This document shows, piece by piece, positions 44,921-45,134 of a stretch of DNA of 45,134 nt (its first letter is position 1; every line of letters begins with the position of its first letter). Under the pieces are notes generated by a model. The model was not told the origin of the DNA, ran no database searches, and saw nothing but the letters and a program-made list of their open reading frames with translations. The DNA comes from Anaerolineae bacterium (GTDB lineage Bacteria > Chloroflexota > Anaerolineae > S140-20): contig JALUTT010000067.1 in assembly GCA_027021705.1 (NCBI GenBank), positions 1 to 45,134 on the forward strand, given 5' to 3'. A program made the position numbers and the translations under genes.

Positions 44921-45134
44921 CTAGTGGTTTGTCAACTGAGATTTTGGTGGGCGCGAAACAGCCTTATAGGGAGGTGCTCACACCCACAAATTCGGGGTTG
45001 ACGGTCCACTAGTGGTTTGTCAAGTTTGAATTTGTGGATAGAGGTGCTTGAGCCGAATACGGGCATCTTCGGTTGTGAACTGCCAATCCACCTGCTTCTG
45101 AGAAGCGTTCCGCTCGCTATACCAGGCCCGTGTC
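44921..45134. mobile_element. CTAG-bounded MITE (44921-45012) followed by the start of a second related element
   Basis: CTAG-TGGTTTGTCAAC...GTTGACGGTCCA-CTAG; the same end sequence TGGTTTGTCAA..GAATTTGTGG restarts at 45013. Confidence 0.65.

Overview
GC-rich bacterial chromosomal window. The gene families and intergenic repeat style suggest Chloroflexota/Anaerolineae (inference). Left part: aroC (partial), a GT39/ArnT-like membrane protein, a CruF-like protein, tandem DUF2270 genes, a tupABC tungstate transporter, queA, one intact and one broken VapBC-type module. Centre: a long minus-strand glycerol/dihydroxyacetone cluster (larB, glpF, dhaK, dhaL, glpK, glpA, sdhB/C/D-like, a Tm-1-like plus TIM-barrel pair, small genes, hsp20, lon, pfpI/DJ-1, and a DhaM-HPr-EI fusion), preceded by a Fur-family gene and a cbiM(N)QO Ni/Co ECF transporter. 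Right part: xseAB, two lipoproteins, mtaB, HIT and a STAS/RsbW/STAS/RsbU partner-switching module. The most notable observation is a C-terminally short GlpA flavoprotein followed directly by complex II-type SdhB, SdhC and SdhD subunits, with no SdhA, GlpB or GlpC. This is a candidate undescribed glycerol-3-phosphate:quinone oxidoreductase. Also notable are 122-bp inverted repeats bracketing fur and two divergent promoters, several REP/MITE-like elements and heptamer arrays at gene junctions. All assignments come from motif recognition; no database searches were run.
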